From assembly GCA_050613775.1 (NCBI GenBank), contig JBODTK010000130.1:124001-188000 (forward strand): a stretch of DNA of 64,000 bases, in the 5' to 3' direction. Source of the DNA: Neocallimastix sp. 'constans'. Its lineage: Eukaryota. Made by a program: the position numbers and the translations under genes. This document shows positions 60,536-64,000 of the stretch, one piece after another (the stretch's first letter is position 1; each line of letters begins with the position of its first letter). The notes under the pieces were generated by a model. It saw only the letters and a program-made list of their open reading frames with translations, was not told the origin of the DNA and searched no databases.

Positions 60536-61929
60536 AATTTCTAATGATCTTTTAAAGTGCCAAACACAATATTTGATATTTATATATGGAAAAAATTTAT
60601 TTTCTGCATTTGATATGCCTTTTTCAAAGTTACAATGAAAATTAATTGGAGAAATAACTATATTATTACTAAATTTACTTGCATTTTTTTTTTATTTCTT
60701 TAAATAATGTTTCGTAAGTGGATTGTTTTTTATCTTTTAATATTGAAATGGAAGTAGTGTAAAAACTATTTATTTTTTCAACATATTTTCTAGTAATGAA
60801 TACCTGATAACTAAATTTTGGCGAAATATAAAATGTACCTTTTGCAAATATATCCTCATTATATTGTGTGAATTGCTTTGCTTGGAGTGGGGATTGAAAA
60901 ATTATTAAATTAGTATTTTTGAATATCATAAAATCATCATCATTTTCTGTTTTATAATATTTTGATTCTTCTAAAATTTTTTCAAAAGTTGTTTTGTCAG
61001 GAGGTAATTGCTTATTTAGACTTTTTATTATTTGGTTCTAATGGAGTTAAATTCAAAACATATTAATCCTCTTGAGAAATTTCGTTAAGTATACGCTTTG
61101 GTCTAATATCCAAAGAAAAAGTTCTTTTTCTTATTGTTTCTTTAATTTTATGCTTTACTACTGATTTAGATGCTTCATATATTCTTTTTCAAGATGATTA
61201 TGTAGACTTTCATATTCTAAAATCTCCATCTTATCATTTAAAATAATAAAAGATTTACATTTATTTGAAATTCTATATTTAGTGCATCTATATACCTTTG
61301 AATTATCTTTCTTTTCAATTGAAAAATTAAATTTATATTTTCTGTTAATAATAATTTGCTTTTTTCCTCTATTTGTTTCACTTTTTTCAATTTTAATATT
61401 TTCCTTCATTTCTAATAAAAATTTTTTAATAATAAATAAATTTATTATAGATTTTAATAGTGTCTATATAATGATTTTATAATCATATATTTAGTTATTT
61501 AGTAATTTATTACTTATATTAAATTATTTATTATTCAGAATAAATAATATATAATTTTTTAATATAACAGTGATATGAAAATATTTTTTTTACTGATTAA
61601 TATTTGAAATATTTATATTTATTCTGAATAAAAAATTAGTGTTAATTATTAAAAATTTTTTTATTAGAAAAATAAAATATTTATTTGTTTATTTATTATT
61701 TATTTATTATTTATTATTTTATTAATTATTTATTATATTTATTATTTGTTATTATTTATTTAAAAATATCTTATAATAAAATATTTAAATACTTTACTAA
61801 TTTCAAAAATGATTTTATTATTTATTTAATTATTTATTTATTGGTTAAAAAAATTATATAATTTGGCAATTAATTAAAAAAATATTAAGCCTCATTACGA
61901 AATGCACAATTGAGAAATGATACATATTC
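59416..61929 (-). mobile_element. Third MULE of a distinct subfamily, degenerate transposase
   Basis: 9-bp TSD atttatttc at 59407-59415 and 61930-61938; TIR catttctcaattgt / acaattgagaaatg; KVYRC..CKSFI..HNH, DIFAKGTFY, CVWHF and TNNAPES motifs. Confidence 0.88.
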
Positions 61930-62019
61930 ATTTATTTCTATTTTTATTTATTTATTTATTTACAATCATTCAAAAAAAAAAAAAAAGAAAAAGATATGAT
62001 GTATTAAATTAAATTTAAA

Positions 62020-62452
62020 TTTAAAGGCCATGTTCCAAAATGCAACGTTATGAAATGCAATGGTACGAGGATCGTGCATTTCGCAATATGGCAAATAGAA
62101 ATTTTAAAATAAAGCCATACATTTTTAAGATATTCTATACAATCATAAATAAATATATAAATAATTATTATTTTAAAAGAAATAATAATATATTCTATTA
62201 AAAAAGAATTATAAAAATTTTTTTTATAAAAAATTATTTTTAGAATTGAATATTAATAAATTATATATTAAAAAATATTTATTATTTATTTAATTATTAT
62301 TTATTTAATTTTTAAAATACAAGCCACATATAAAATACGCCAACATTTCTAGTTTTATTTATTTATTTATAAATATTTAAAAAAAAATGTGGTGTCTTAA
62401 ATTATGAATTAAATTTATGTTTATAAGCCACGTTCTGAAATGCAATATTTTC
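62020..62452. mobile_element. Cluster of Mutator-type TIR remnants, probably a MITE
   Basis: gaggatcgtgcatttcgcaatatggc at 62067 and gccacgttctgaaatgc near 62428; a related end lies near 58820. No convincing TSD. Confidence 0.45.
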
Positions 62453-64000
62453 ATGTTATTAAACAAATATAACATTTCATTTTTTTTTTTTATAATTATA
62501 TATTTAAAATATAATTTTTTTTTTTTAAAAAAAAAAAAAAAAGATATAAAACAATTCTCAATATATTAAATAAATTAAATATATATATATAAAATAAAAG
62601 AAAAAAAAAAAAAATGGAATTTCCTTCCGTCCTATAAATAGTTCGATAAATTAAAAAAAAAAAAAAAAATATCATTAGTATAATATTTATAATTTATGGA
62701 AAATTTTTTTTTTACTGATTAATTGATTTTTTTTTTATTAATATTATTTATTTAGTTTTTTCTTTTTTTAAAAAAAAAAGAAATAAGAAATAAAAATATT
62801 TAATCTTTTCACTCAAAGAATTTATAATTTTATTTTATTGATTAATTGAAGTTTATTTTACTATAATATGTTTAGTAAAAAAAAAAAAAAAAATTTTTTT
62901 AAAAAAAAACAGAAAAAAAAAAAATTAAAAATAACAGAAAAAAAAAGATTATAATAATTATATATTCTTATAGAAAACTTTAAATGTTATTATTTAATTT
63001 TAGATGATAGCATTGATATTATATTTCAAAACCGTGTAAAAAAAAAAGTATAATAATCGATAAATTATAAATATAAAAGAAATAATAATGATATGAAAAC
63101 AACAATAAGATAAAAATAATGAAATAGAATAAAATCTTATAACTAATTAATAACTTATATAATAAATAATAGGATAGGATAGGGTTAGAAATAAATATAT
63201 AAATATTGTTCTATTGTGACACTTCATGATAATATTGAAAATGATAGTTATATAAATAGAATTAATAGTTAATGAATGAGTTGTATGTACGTATACAATA
63301 TTGTAATAATGATTTAGCTTTTAATACATTTTGTAATAAAAATTTAAAAAATAATTAAAAAAAAAATAAAAAAATTAAAAATCTTCTATTGAATCATTTA
63401 GATATATACTTATATATATATATTTTAAATTTTTATAATTCTCCTAATTTTAATTAAATTAATTTTTATATTCTTTCTTTTTAAAATTATTACTCTTTTG
63501 GTTATTATTACTATTAATAATATTATTTGTTTATAATACTTTTTAATTATCATATTATTATTATTAATAGTACAGATATTATTATTATTTCTTTTTTATT
63601 AATTTTATTTATTTTTTTTTATAATATATATTTACTGATTTCTACATCATTTATCTTAATTATTATTATTTTAATTATGATTCTTTTCAAGATAAAAAAA
63701 AAACTTTTTTTTATTTTAATTTTTTTTATTTTTTATTATTTTTTTTATTATATCTTTATTTTTATTTTTCTGTCATTTCAATTATTTTTTTTTATTGGTG
63801 GTTTAACCATTCAAAAAATTAATATGTCCAAATCAAGTTAAAATTAAAAAAAAAATAATTAAAAAAAGATTTAAAAATTAAAAAAATTAATTTTTTTTTT
63901 TTAAAAATTAAATTAAAACTTTATTTTCTATTTTTTTTTTTTTTTCTTTTTCAATAATTTTAAATAATAACAATTGAAATGAATAATAATAAAAGGATTG

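Overview
Very AT-rich eukaryotic DNA with GT-AG introns. A CotH-dockerin gene and a beta-helix/7TM receptor point to an anaerobic gut fungus (Neocallimastigomycota; inference). There are four host genes: the 3' end of a kinesin-1 heavy chain, a secreted CotH-kinase-family protein with two fungal dockerins, V-ATPase subunit A (no intein, first coding exon is only ATG), and a long minus-strand beta-helix/EGF/7TM receptor. Most of the rest is mobile DNA: nested 5'-truncated LINEs of three families with readable target-site duplications, a fourth single-ORF APE-RT LINE, degenerate Ty3/Gypsy elements, and Mutator-like transposons and MITEs. The most interesting signals are RNA-structural: (1) a 323-nt structured, non-coding, poly(A)-flanked insert; (2) a gag with no pol followed by a structured region ending in a tRNA-like T-arm; (3) a four-hairpin array with compensatory changes upstream of a Gypsy gag; (4) GC-rich nucleotide motifs with a possible long-range stem shared by three divergent LINE families. 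All base pairings were read by eye; none were computed.
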